DNA of 35,616 bases from a virus (Duplodnaviria; Caudoviricetes): the IMG/VR virus record IMGVR_UViG_3300014031_000004, positions 1-35,616 of that record. One strand, given 5' to 3'. This document shows, one piece after another, positions 18,792 through 26,647 of the stretch. The notes beneath the pieces are model-generated. The model was not told the DNA's origin. It did not search any database and saw nothing but the letters and a program-made list of their open reading frames with translations. The translations under genes were made by a program, and so were the position numbers. The first letter of the stretch is position 1; every line of letters begins with the position of its first letter.

Positions 18792-19197
18792 GTTGGTTTA
18801 TTATTGATGATTTATATAATTCCGGCTCATATGACCCACAGACTACCAGCTTTATTTCCAAACTGGGAAACATCACTGGAAGGTCTTTCTCTAACTGGCT
18901 CTTCATTCTCATCTGGTCATAACCTATGAGAATTGCATCAGGCTTGTATATACGTATCTTTGACCATGGACCCAGTCTAGCATCCCCTCGATACACATGC
19001 CTGACATGATGCCTGACACCTGCAACTCTCTGCTTCATAGTCCTTATCGGAGCATGGCCCTTTAGCATCATGACGATAGAGTCTTGAGCTATGCAAGCCA
19101 TTACCCGACCTCCTTTAGCTAGCTCATGTGCCTTGCTAAACAGGTATCTGTGACCCTCGTGAATTCCATCGAATGTCCCGAAGATCATGACTCTCAT
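18760..19197 (-). CDS. HIGH-family nucleotidyltransferase (RibL-like FAD synthase / cytidylyltransferase)
   Basis: MRVMIFGTFDGIHEGH, AQD..V..LKG, KPD...GYDQ, KSS; start reassigned to ATGA overlap at 19197. Confidence 0.8.
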   Translation of the reverse strand: MRVMIFGTFDGIHEGHRYLFSKAHELAKGGRVMACIAQDSIVMMLKGHAPIRTMKQRVAGVRHHVRHVYRGDARLGPWSKIRIYKPDAILIGYDQMRMKSQLEKDLPVMFPSLEIKLVVCGSYEPELYKSSIINQHVNKEVNHTA

Positions 19198-20132
19198 AGC
19201 TTTGCATTGATTGCCTGATGAATCACATGTTCTGTAGTGACCCCATAAAGCCATTGTGCAAATCGACCGCTGAAGACAATATTCTCATTGGGTGGGCTAT
19301 TGTCCTCATTCTCGAATATCCTTCCCTGCTTTACTGTGAAGATGTCTTGCACAGTCAGATCAGGATACAGTTCTTCAAACTTCTCTCTAGTCATCTCACC
19401 TGTTATCTCAATTGCCCAGACATCTCCCATGTGAGAGATTCTAGAGAATGGGACAGAGTCATCATAATAGCACATCTCATATCTTCCGTCAAAGCAAGGC
19501 GGCTTGTTCTTGACAATGACATTAGTGATAGGAAGGCACCTGAACTCACCCTTCTCTTGGCCGTATGCTTTCCAGAAGAAAGGAGCAGCCATAGTTGAGA
19601 TTATCTTAGAATACGGCTCATGGTGAGTCAGGTCAGACTTGAAGTCTGTCTTATACTGGAGCTCAGCTGAGTCAATCTTAGTCACAAACCCACTGATCGG
19701 ATTGTCATTCTTCTCATTGAGCCTCTTGACAACTTCCTCAAGGTCTACATCTAGGCAGTTCATGTAGTTAGTACCTCCAGTGGATGACATGCTAAGCTCC
19801 TTAGTCTTGGGGACAAAGTCTGTGTCAACTGGCTTGTCCCATGCTGTCATCTTCTTCTGAATCATCATGAGGTTCATGTCAGTTGTCAGGTTGTCATTGA
19901 GCCATCCCTTGTAGTAGTAACCTATGTAACTCTTCTTAGTCTTGATCGGCAGACCCAGATCGACCAGGAGCTTCCTAGTCTCAAAAGTGTCATGGAACCA
20001 CACAAGGTAAGTCTTTGCATAATTACCTCCAGCAATGTCAGGAGAGATGATCTGGAATTCTGGATGATAGTACTTCCATATCAGTCCGCTGATTCCTGAA
20101 CCGATTATATAATTTCCTTTATTTTCTTGCAT
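19194..20132 (-). CDS. FAD-dependent oxidoreductase (UGM/amine-oxidase-like Rossmann fold)
   Basis: IIGSGISGL dinucleotide-binding motif, IISTM, C-terminal GRFAQW. Confidence 0.75.
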   Translation of the reverse strand: MQENKGNYIIGSGISGLIWKYYHPEFQIISPDIAGGNYAKTYLVWFHDTFETRKLLVDLGLPIKTKKSYIGYYYKGWLNDNLTTDMNLMMIQKKMTAWDKPVDTDFVPKTKELSMSSTGGTNYMNCLDVDLEEVVKRLNEKNDNPISGFVTKIDSAELQYKTDFKSDLTHHEPYSKIISTMAAPFFWKAYGQEKGEFRCLPITNVIVKNKPPCFDGRYEMCYYDDSVPFSRISHMGDVWAIEITGEMTREKFEELYPDLTVQDIFTVKQGRIFENEDNSPPNENIVFSGRFAQWLYGVTTEHVIHQAINAKL

Positions 20133-20605
20133 ATCTGCTCAGGTTTTAGGTTTTTAACATCTATCACTGTCCAATTCAGTGCCCTAGCCATAGAGACATA
20201 AGTCTCTGTGACCTTCTTGTGAAACTTAGAATCGACCAGCTTGTCCTCAGCTCTAGGCTTGTTCCTGTATAGGATTACGACCTTCGGCTGGAGAGCTTTC
20301 TCTACCTTTGTCAAGTACTTCAAGTCATAATGCCTGTCAAACACCCAGCTATACACCATGCTGCTAGGGAAACCCCTGTCACAGATGAAGCTAGTGTCTC
20401 TGAACTGTGCAAGAGTCTTGTTGAATATCTCTGAAGCCTCCTCTGGATTCCCTTTGAAGTACTTCGGCATGTCTTTCATCTTGATGACAGGGAGCTTCAA
20501 GTCTCTAGCCAATAGCTTTATGACTGTAGTCTTTCCTACTCTGTCCGGTCCGTCTATGATGAGATGGAGGGGTCTAGTTGATTGCATTTTTAAGATGTTG
20601 CTCAT
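20105..20605 (-). CDS. dNMP (thymidylate-type) kinase
   Basis: IIDGPDRVGKTT P-loop and ICDR motif. Confidence 0.85.
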   Translation of the reverse strand: MSNILKMQSTRPLHLIIDGPDRVGKTTVIKLLARDLKLPVIKMKDMPKYFKGNPEEASEIFNKTLAQFRDTSFICDRGFPSSMVYSWVFDRHYDLKYLTKVEKALQPKVVILYRNKPRAEDKLVDSKFHKKVTETYVSMARALNWTVIDVKNLKPEQICKKIKEII

Positions 20606-21383
20606 ATTCTTCTATGGTGACTTCTCCATCTACAAGTCTTTTAAGTGAATCGACCTTTGTGATGTGGATAGAAGGGAACCGCATGAAGAATTCTTGAGAA
20701 ACCTCATCACCTACTGCAATGATCTTCATGTTGAGATAGTCTTCACCCATCAGCACTTCTAGTTCTTTCTCAAGGAATTCCCACCAGAAGGTCACAAGAT
20801 TCTCATCAACTTCTGTACCCGGTATTGCTTCTTTGACAATAGCAGTCATGTAAGTGTCTTTCATGATTCCAAGATTCTTCAGTACACCTACAAGACCCTT
20901 GACCAACTCTGACCTTTCGTCACCGCCGTATATCTGATGATGTATTATGAAGATGTACTTGGGTGACAGGCTTCCTACTCCAGTCATCTTAGTCTCTCCC
21001 GGGATCTTCAGTATCTCACTGTTGATGACATTCATCTTCTTCATCTTGACCTTTTCTACATTGTGCTTCTGAGTAGCCTCAATAGTATCTACAAGTTCCT
21101 CGATGGAGAACTTCCAGATGTTTATGAAGTTGACAAGGAACAGAATCACATCTGCAAGCTCTTCTTTCACCCTAGTCAAGTCTGCTGTCTTCTGTGACTT
21201 GCTGTACGGATTAGCTACTGAAGGGAATTCCTTTCTCAGTTCTACGATCTCCTCTATCATCTTGAAGAGGTACTTCTCTGACATCTCATTCCTCTCGCTC
21301 TCGAGGATAGTGTCTACAGGATACTTTACCAGCCTCTGGAACTCTTTCTGCTTCTTTGCAATGCTCTTGAATCTCTCGATCAT
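20574..21383 (-). CDS. All-alpha NTP pyrophosphatase (dimeric dUTPase/MazG-like) fused to degenerate UDG-like domain
   Basis: EEIVEL...EELADV motif; C-half follows family-4 UDG pattern (G.G...K.IFI, TYMT.IVK, FL..EL..L, KIIAVG). Confidence 0.7.
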   Translation of the reverse strand: MIERFKSIAKKQKEFQRLVKYPVDTILESERNEMSEKYLFKMIEEIVELRKEFPSVANPYSKSQKTADLTRVKEELADVILFLVNFINIWKFSIEELVDTIEATQKHNVEKVKMKKMNVINSEILKIPGETKMTGVGSLSPKYIFIIHHQIYGGDERSELVKGLVGVLKNLGIMKDTYMTAIVKEAIPGTEVDENLVTFWWEFLEKELEVLMGEDYLNMKIIAVGDEVSQEFFMRFPSIHITKVDSLKRLVDGEVTIEEYEQHLKNAIN

Positions 21384-21622
21384 TAGATTTTGAAGTTACC
21401 CTGGTCTATTAGTTTTAATACTTCTATGAGGCTGTCTCCCCTTACCATGTATCTCTTTCCTGACGGGTTGTCTTTGATGATCGGCTTGAACAGTTCTCTT
21501 CCCTTGTCTGAGCATATCCACCGTATGACGATTGATATAGTAGACACCGGAAGCATCTTGCTATGAGCTATCCAAGTAGCTGAATAGAACTTATCGGGAA
21601 GTATTTCTGGTCTCGAGTTCAT
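21383..21622 (-). CDS. Hypothetical protein, possibly winged-HTH
   Basis: 79 aa, YS..WI...IRWI...GKRYMV pattern. Confidence 0.45.
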   Translation of the reverse strand: MNSRPEILPDKFYSATWIAHSKMLPVSTISIVIRWICSDKGRELFKPIIKDNPSGKRYMVRGDSLIEVLKLIDQGNFKI

Positions 21623-22016
21623 GCTTTAGCTTCATTAGTCTGCTTATAACTTTTGCGTAGCCGTCGATCTTCAGCTCCGTCGTTGACTTCTTTATGAGAC
21701 CCTCACCGACAAGCTGAGCCTTTATGAATTCACGGAACTCATCTTTCTCCTGGCCTCTTATCACAGCGATGTCCTGAATGAGGGCATTCATCCGTCTCCT
21801 GAATCTCTCTGTTGTCTCCTCCATTGTCTCATCTCTGAACTCATTGAGCTCTTTGCTGTCAGATGTGGGGATGAGCATGATGAGGTACTCTTGGCCAGTC
21901 TTGTTCCGGATGACCTGAGAGTACTCATCCATGTCTTGCTCATAGATGTTGAAGGTCAGCAGACCCTCACCGCTCCTAGAGTTGTACCTGTCTAATTGTC
22001 CGGAAAGCAGTATCAT
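21591..22016 (-). CDS. Hypothetical protein
   Basis: Intact ORF in operon. Confidence 0.6.
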   Translation of the reverse strand: MILLSGQLDRYNSRSGEGLLTFNIYEQDMDEYSQVIRNKTGQEYLIMLIPTSDSKELNEFRDETMEETTERFRRRMNALIQDIAVIRGQEKDEFREFIKAQLVGEGLIKKSTTELKIDGYAKVISRLMKLKHELETRNTSR

Positions 22017-22018
22017 GG

Positions 22019-22477
22019 CTAGAACTTGATGTCACCAGGCATTACTCGGTCTTCGTCTGGATCAGTAGCTTTCCATCCTGTTGAGGCCGGAGCAGGAGCG
22101 GCAGCAGGTGCGCCTTCCCATCCAGAGTTAGCAGGAGCCTGTGCAGCTGGAGCAGAAGCAGGAGCTCCAGTCATCTTGCTCTCAATGTTCGGATCGATAG
22201 CAAGGATGAGCCTGTAAAGATATTCCTCTGTGATTCCATTGAGAGTCGGAGTGACGCTTGTCTGTCCCTGACCGTTTGTCCATGACCTGTTCTCAACGTA
22301 CCCTGTGATGTGGTCACCTGCCTTCATGTAGTCCTTTGTAGCCTTCTGGTGTCCATATCCGAGCTCGAGGATAGCATCACCTGTCTCTGCTGTCTTTACA
22401 GAGATCTTAGTCCAGGTTGTGCCGTCCTTCTTTGGTAGTGTGTCCCTCTTTACTGCTGTAACTGTGTATTTTGCCAT
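22019..22477 (-). CDS. ssb: Single-stranded DNA-binding protein
   Basis: OB-like N-terminus (GDHITGYVENRSW), Pro/Ala linker, acidic tail ending DIKF. Confidence 0.65.
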   Translation of the reverse strand: MAKYTVTAVKRDTLPKKDGTTWTKISVKTAETGDAILELGYGHQKATKDYMKAGDHITGYVENRSWTNGQGQTSVTPTLNGITEEYLYRLILAIDPNIESKMTGAPASAPAAQAPANSGWEGAPAAAPAPASTGWKATDPDEDRVMPGDIKF

Positions 22478-22485
22478 GGTTATTG

Positions 22486-23343
22486 TTATTGTTTTAGTGT
22501 CAGGTATTCATCAAACTTCGTGCAGTCACACCACCGGTCATGACCGATTGAAGGCTTGTCGAATTCCCTGTTCCTTATCTTTGCTAATATTGCTTTGACT
22601 TCCTCGAAGAAAGAGCAGATGTCCATCTTGTCATACTCATATGATAAGACTTGTATCCTCCCACCCCCTCTCTTCCTGCCCTTAAGCATCACCACATACG
22701 TCAAGCGTTTGGGTAGCTTGCCGTGCTTGCAGTAATACATGAGGTTGTAGGACCGAGACTGGGGAAGAGCACGTGTCTCAATCTCATCATAAGGAGCTTT
22801 AGAGGTCTTGAACTCAACGATTGAAGTGTCTTCGCTTATTGCATCAAGCCTTCCTGACATTGGGACTTCTAGCTTCTCACCTGTCTCTGGATGGAATACT
22901 GGTATCTTTAGAATCACCTCGAACTTGACTGGGTCAATACCGTGAACAGCTCTCAGTTCTTCTTTCTCGTCCCAGTACTCTTTGATTATCTCAAGACCGT
23001 CTTCATACATCTCTTTGTAGACTTCTGCTGCGGCTTGGGCAGGGTCAGGATACTTCTCAGGCTTCTGCTGGAATTCCCAGATGCTCACATGCTCTGGCTT
23101 GAACCTGTCAATGAACTGCTTCTTGACTATAGCTAGTTCAGCATTCTTCCATCCGTCTTCTGCAGTATACTGCTCATAGATGTTGTCTATGGCTGCATGG
23201 ATTGCTGTACCGAACTCAAGGTGCCTCATTGACTGTGGCAGCTTCAGTCCCAGCCAGATCTTGTAGAAGAAAGACTTGGGACATTTCATGTATTCCATAA
23301 TCATGGAAGGGCTTATTCGGTTGATTCCGAGTTCTCTATTCAT
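22486..23343 (-). CDS. PD-(D/E)XK exonuclease (Cas4/RecB-like)
   Basis: ISPS...Y.KCP, GTAIH, GRLD, EFKTS, Q...Y, WCDC. Confidence 0.85.
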   Translation of the reverse strand: MNRELGINRISPSMIMEYMKCPKSFFYKIWLGLKLPQSMRHLEFGTAIHAAIDNIYEQYTAEDGWKNAELAIVKKQFIDRFKPEHVSIWEFQQKPEKYPDPAQAAAEVYKEMYEDGLEIIKEYWDEKEELRAVHGIDPVKFEVILKIPVFHPETGEKLEVPMSGRLDAISEDTSIVEFKTSKAPYDEIETRALPQSRSYNLMYYCKHGKLPKRLTYVVMLKGRKRGGGRIQVLSYEYDKMDICSFFEEVKAILAKIRNREFDKPSIGHDRWCDCTKFDEYLTLKQ

Positions 23344-23569
23344 GTCGTATTTCTAAGTTCTTAGCTTGGAGCAATTCGATTAGAGTCTCAAGGTCTGAAG
23401 TATGGAATGACAGCCAGTCAGACTGGTACCCGTTCATCAGATATGTGATTTCAACTCGATCAGATATAATCTCTTTATCGACTTTGTTTAGTTTTCTCTT
23501 TATTTCAAAAGAGTATACATCTTTCTTAGGCTCCTCTTTCTTAGTATTTTTCTTGAAGATATTTTTCAT
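23336..23569 (-). CDS. Hypothetical protein
   Basis: Intact ORF in operon. Confidence 0.55.
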   Translation of the reverse strand: MKNIFKKNTKKEEPKKDVYSFEIKRKLNKVDKEIISDRVEITYLMNGYQSDWLSFHTSDLETLIELLQAKNLEIRHE

Positions 23570-23570
23570 A

Positions 23571-24269
23571 TTAGAATTCAGGTAGACATTCCGTCTTCTT
23601 ATTGTGGAATGTTATTCGTAGTAAGTCGACCTGGGTCGGTTTGTACTTTGCAAGATTTGCTGCCATTGTTGATGCAAACTTTATGAGCTTCTTCTTTGCT
23701 TCAGGATCTTCCTTTGTTATTGCAAGAATCTCATTCAGCTCAGGTACAATTTCTTTCTTCTCTTCTGGTGACAAGTTGTCCATTGCTCTTTTTGTTTCGT
23801 TAGAATCTTCTAATTGGTCCTCGGACAAGAGGCCTGAGATCTCAAGAAGACAGAATACTGCCCTGTCATATGCTCTCTTCTGAGCCATGGCCCACGGAGT
23901 GTTCTTTCCCCTCGGCCCAAGGTTTCCCCTGAGCACTTCTCCAGATTCCGTTGCAGCTTCTCCCCTTCCGTTCTCAACTGTGCATTCAATCACAGTATGG
24001 TATCCGTTTATGTCAGTAGGTTCTCTCTTGCTTACATAAATGGGAGTCTTCTTGATTCCTGCTCGGTTTGCTATCTTCTTGACACCGTCATGAGTGATGA
24101 TGATCTTCACAGCTCTGCTGCTTTTCTGCTCCCACCAGTCACCGTCTTTGAGGACCTGAGACAACTTTACCGTCTTTCCGTCTTTGTCTGTGAACTTCTG
24201 GTCGAGGCCCTCAAACTGAGCAACCGCTTCTGGATTCTTCTCTTCTTTAGTTTTCTTCGGTTTCCTCAT
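23571..24269 (-). CDS. Putative single-strand annealing recombinase
   Basis: ITHDGV..IA, SGE, AMAQKRAYDRAV; clustered with exonuclease and SSB. Confidence 0.55.
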   Translation of the reverse strand: MRKPKKTKEEKNPEAVAQFEGLDQKFTDKDGKTVKLSQVLKDGDWWEQKSSRAVKIIITHDGVKKIANRAGIKKTPIYVSKREPTDINGYHTVIECTVENGRGEAATESGEVLRGNLGPRGKNTPWAMAQKRAYDRAVFCLLEISGLLSEDQLEDSNETKRAMDNLSPEEKKEIVPELNEILAITKEDPEAKKKLIKFASTMAANLAKYKPTQVDLLRITFHNKKTECLPEF

Positions 24270-24681
24270 GGTCTTTTGTATGCTTTAAAGTAATGTAATA
24301 GACCTCACCGATCATCTTTCCGTCAGTGTATTTGCCGACCGGCCTCTTCTTGAAAGTCTTAGACCTGTCAAGATTCATGTATTCTATGATATTTTCTTTG
24401 GGTATCGTAGCAACGTAAGTTGAACCGTAGTGAGCAACTTTCCTTATCTTGTTGTCATACTTCATGAGTTCTTTGTCTGCAATGACTTGCCAAGCAAGAG
24501 CCTTCTTGTCTCCATCAATGTAGAACTTGAGAAACCTTCCAGCAATTCCTGATGAGATTATGTATCCCTTTGAGAAAGTCAGCTGTCCAGTCTTCGGATT
24601 GAAAGTAGCGAACTGGCTTTCTTCCTTTTTCTTCTTGACAGCTTTCTTTATCTGATACAGCGGTACAAAGTTGAATTTCAT
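24247..24681 (-). CDS. Hypothetical protein
   Basis: Intact basic ORF; GSTYVATIPKE resembles an AbrB-like motif. Confidence 0.5.
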   Translation of the reverse strand: MKFNFVPLYQIKKAVKKKKEESQFATFNPKTGQLTFSKGYIISSGIAGRFLKFYIDGDKKALAWQVIADKELMKYDNKIRKVAHYGSTYVATIPKENIIEYMNLDRSKTFKKRPVGKYTDGKMIGEVYYITLKHTKDHEETEEN

Positions 24682-24682
24682 G

Positions 24683-24913
24683 CTATGAGATTATGATATT
24701 GAGGCTTTCTGCTACTCGATTGACATCTCCAGCATTCATGATCTGATGGTTCACCGAGTAAGTTCTTATCATCTCATTGTAGAGAGCTTCTAAGAACTCA
24801 ACTTTCTTCTTCGGTGACCTGAGAAACTTTATTACCTTTTCAGTATAATCCCTAGCACTGTCAGTGACTCCGTAGTCAGCTTCTATATCCTTGAAAGTTT
24901 TGTTGATTGACAT
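24683..24913 (-). CDS. Hypothetical protein
   Basis: Intact ORF, A/C-rich upstream leader. Confidence 0.55.
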   Translation of the reverse strand: MSINKTFKDIEADYGVTDSARDYTEKVIKFLRSPKKKVEFLEALYNEMIRTYSVNHQIMNAGDVNRVAESLNIIIS

Positions 24914-24940
24914 TTGGTTGTTTGTTAGTTGTTACAGACG

Positions 24941-25156
24941 TTATCTGTCTCCTTCAGTTGCTCCGGTGAAGTCCGGTTCATCCTCAATGGACGGTGCTTC
25001 TTCTACAGTGACTGTGTAGTCCCATAGTTCTTCCTCTAGGAAGTTCTGCTTAGCGATGTCAACTGCCTCGTCCTCATCAGATGCCTCAACGTAGAATTCC
25101 TTTACAGGTCCCACGATGAATACAACTTTGAAGGTCGGCTTTTTCTCTTCGTTCAT
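24941..25156 (-). CDS. Small acidic protein (VEA.DEDEA motif)
   Basis: First gene after leftward promoter; motif common in small phage early proteins. Confidence 0.6.
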   Translation of the reverse strand: MNEEKKPTFKVVFIVGPVKEFYVEASDEDEAVDIAKQNFLEEELWDYTVTVEEAPSIEDEPDFTGATEGDR

Positions 25157-25260
25157 GCAAGTTTGTTATGTTGTTAATGAGATGGCTTGTTTACGATGCC
25201 ATTGAACGCTTCAGTCAGCTTCAAGCTGCGGATCCTGATGATAAAGCATCATCTAGGTAC

Positions 25261-25289
25261 ATTATACTGCACGTTGCACTTCTTGTAAA
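25261..25289 (-). promoter_or_regulatory. Sigma70-type leftward promoter
   Basis: TTTACA-17 nt-TATAAT on minus strand at head of the leftward operon. Confidence 0.8.
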
Positions 25290-25297
25290 CTGGTACC

Positions 25298-25331
25298 TGT
25301 TAATAACTTTTTGTTGAAATAGTTATTAACA
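25298..25331. repeat. 11-bp inverted repeat, putative operator
   Basis: TGTTAATAACT-12 nt-AGTTATTAACA between divergent promoters. Confidence 0.7.
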
Positions 25332-25341
25332 TTTAGCAGTA

Positions 25342-25369
25342 TGTACAAGTACTTTGATGGTGATATAAT
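25342..25369 (+). promoter_or_regulatory. Rightward extended -10 promoter
   Basis: TGaTATAAT at 25361-25369; TGTACA 16 nt upstream of the hexamer. Confidence 0.65.
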
Positions 25370-25387
25370 ATGTACAGGTCGATCAAG

Positions 25388-25645
25388 ATGAATAGAATGA
25401 CATACATAAATAAGACGGTTTACAAGGTCAGATGCAAGAACTATGACTTATGCGGAGAAATAGTTGACAGAGAAAACATCAGCAAAGACTATGTAGCTAA
25501 ATGCTACCCATGCAAAGTTGATGAGAGTAATTTACGAGCCAAACTAATAAAATTAAAGAAAAATGAACGACGTATCATACAAGATAGACTCAGAGACAGC
25601 AACACTCGACCAGCTAATGGCAAGAGCAGCGGACTACGGAAATGA
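25388..25645 (+). CDS. Small Cys-rich protein
   Basis: C-x5-C...CxxC; start moved to second Met because ATG 25370 abuts the -10 box. Confidence 0.5.
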   Translation: MNRMTYINKTVYKVRCKNYDLCGEIVDRENISKDYVAKCYPCKVDESNLRAKLIKLKKNERRIIQDRLRDSNTRPANGKSSGLRK

Positions 25646-26015
25646 CTCGGTAGATGTAAACAGCGCAATCCAGACTATCCGGTCACAGGGACATCTCGTG
25701 ACTGTGAACAATGGCCCTGAGCAGCTAGAAATACCATTCCCGACAGAGACAGATCCTCATGCTCCAATTGAGACAGAGGAACTTACAAAGGGTGACGGTT
25801 CAGAACCTGCTCCGCTTCCGACTACTGATCCAGTAAAGGAAGACGATGCAAGCCTTGACACTTCTCTAGAAACATCAACTGAGACTGAAGTTGTCCCTGA
25901 AGGTGAGTCTCCAGCTGAAACTGATACCGTCGTAGAAGGTCTCCCAGAAGAGATCACTCCGGCTGAGACTACAAGCGAAGTTGTATCTAATGAAGAAGCA
26001 GCAAAGCAAGAGTAG
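25563..26015 (+). CDS. Very acidic, low-complexity hypothetical protein
   Basis: Glu/Thr/Pro-rich C-terminal two thirds. Confidence 0.6.
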   Translation: MNDVSYKIDSETATLDQLMARAADYGNDSVDVNSAIQTIRSQGHLVTVNNGPEQLEIPFPTETDPHAPIETEELTKGDGSEPAPLPTTDPVKEDDASLDTSLETSTETEVVPEGESPAETDTVVEGLPEEITPAETTSEVVSNEEAAKQE

Positions 26016-26187
26016 TACTGAGGTATGGGAGAGACTAAAGGACATCAACTGCCCAAGGTGCAATAGGAACCTCAAGATGAGATCTGATCACTATGAATGT
26101 CAGAATGTCAAGTGTCCTTTCTCTATATCGATCAAAGAGTACAACTTGAGAGTCAAGAAGCTTTATGAGACTAATACTTCATTATGA
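25990..26187 (+). CDS. Zn-ribbon protein
   Basis: CPRC...CQNVKC; first ATG at 25990. Confidence 0.55.
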   Translation: MKKQQSKSSTEVWERLKDINCPRCNRNLKMRSDHYECQNVKCPFSISIKEYNLRVKKLYETNTSL

Positions 26188-26447
26188 GTGATGAAAGCAC
26201 AAGAGGGACAATAAAGGACGGTGAATACCATCCAGCTGCAAACTATGCAATGCTCTACATAAAGAGTCTTGGAATGGAAAAGATCATGATATACCAAGAG
26301 TCTTTTGCTAGCACTGCAATAGAGGGAAACCGTCTTGCTGAGATATGCAATGAGACACTCCACCGGATACTTTCAAAGCAGACAGTAAGTGACCGGTACA
26401 TCATGGGACTTGCCTGGACTATAAAGCAGATGGAAGAAACTAACTAA
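26184..26447 (+). CDS. Hypothetical protein
   Basis: ATGA overlap with upstream gene. Confidence 0.6.
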   Translation: MSDESTRGTIKDGEYHPAANYAMLYIKSLGMEKIMIYQESFASTAIEGNRLAEICNETLHRILSKQTVSDRYIMGLAWTIKQMEETN

Positions 26448-26452
26448 TAAAC

Positions 26453-26647
26453 ATGCACACAAACAAACCAAAGAAGGACACTATCGTCACTACAAATGTC
26501 CAGAAGAAAGAGTTCAAGTATGCCAAGGGTGCTGTCAACTTAGCATTCGTGCTAAGGACTGACGTAGACAGTGAGATGACAGTTTTCGTTGAGTTGATGA
26601 AAGCTGCAATCAAAGACTTAGAAACAGAGATTAAGAAGCTAAAGTGA
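26453..26647 (+). CDS. Hypothetical protein
   Basis: Intact ORF, GTGA overlap with RNA ligase. Confidence 0.6.
   Translation: MHTNKPKKDTIVTTNVQKKEFKYAKGAVNLAFVLRTDVDSEMTVFVELMKAAIKDLETEIKKLK

Noticed and set aside
19198-19254. N-terminal extension of the nucleotidyltransferase in the ORF track
   Set aside because: The fold begins at MRVMIFGTFD, and ATG 19197 forms an ATGA overlap with the upstream stop.
14119-24293. Numerous plus-strand ORFs opposite the leftward operon
   Set aside because: Antisense shadows of strongly biased coding sequence with no motifs or expression signals.
25235-25260. Hammerhead ribozyme (CTGATGA)
   Set aside because: No stem II plus GAAA core follows; the motif is one arm of a simple hairpin.
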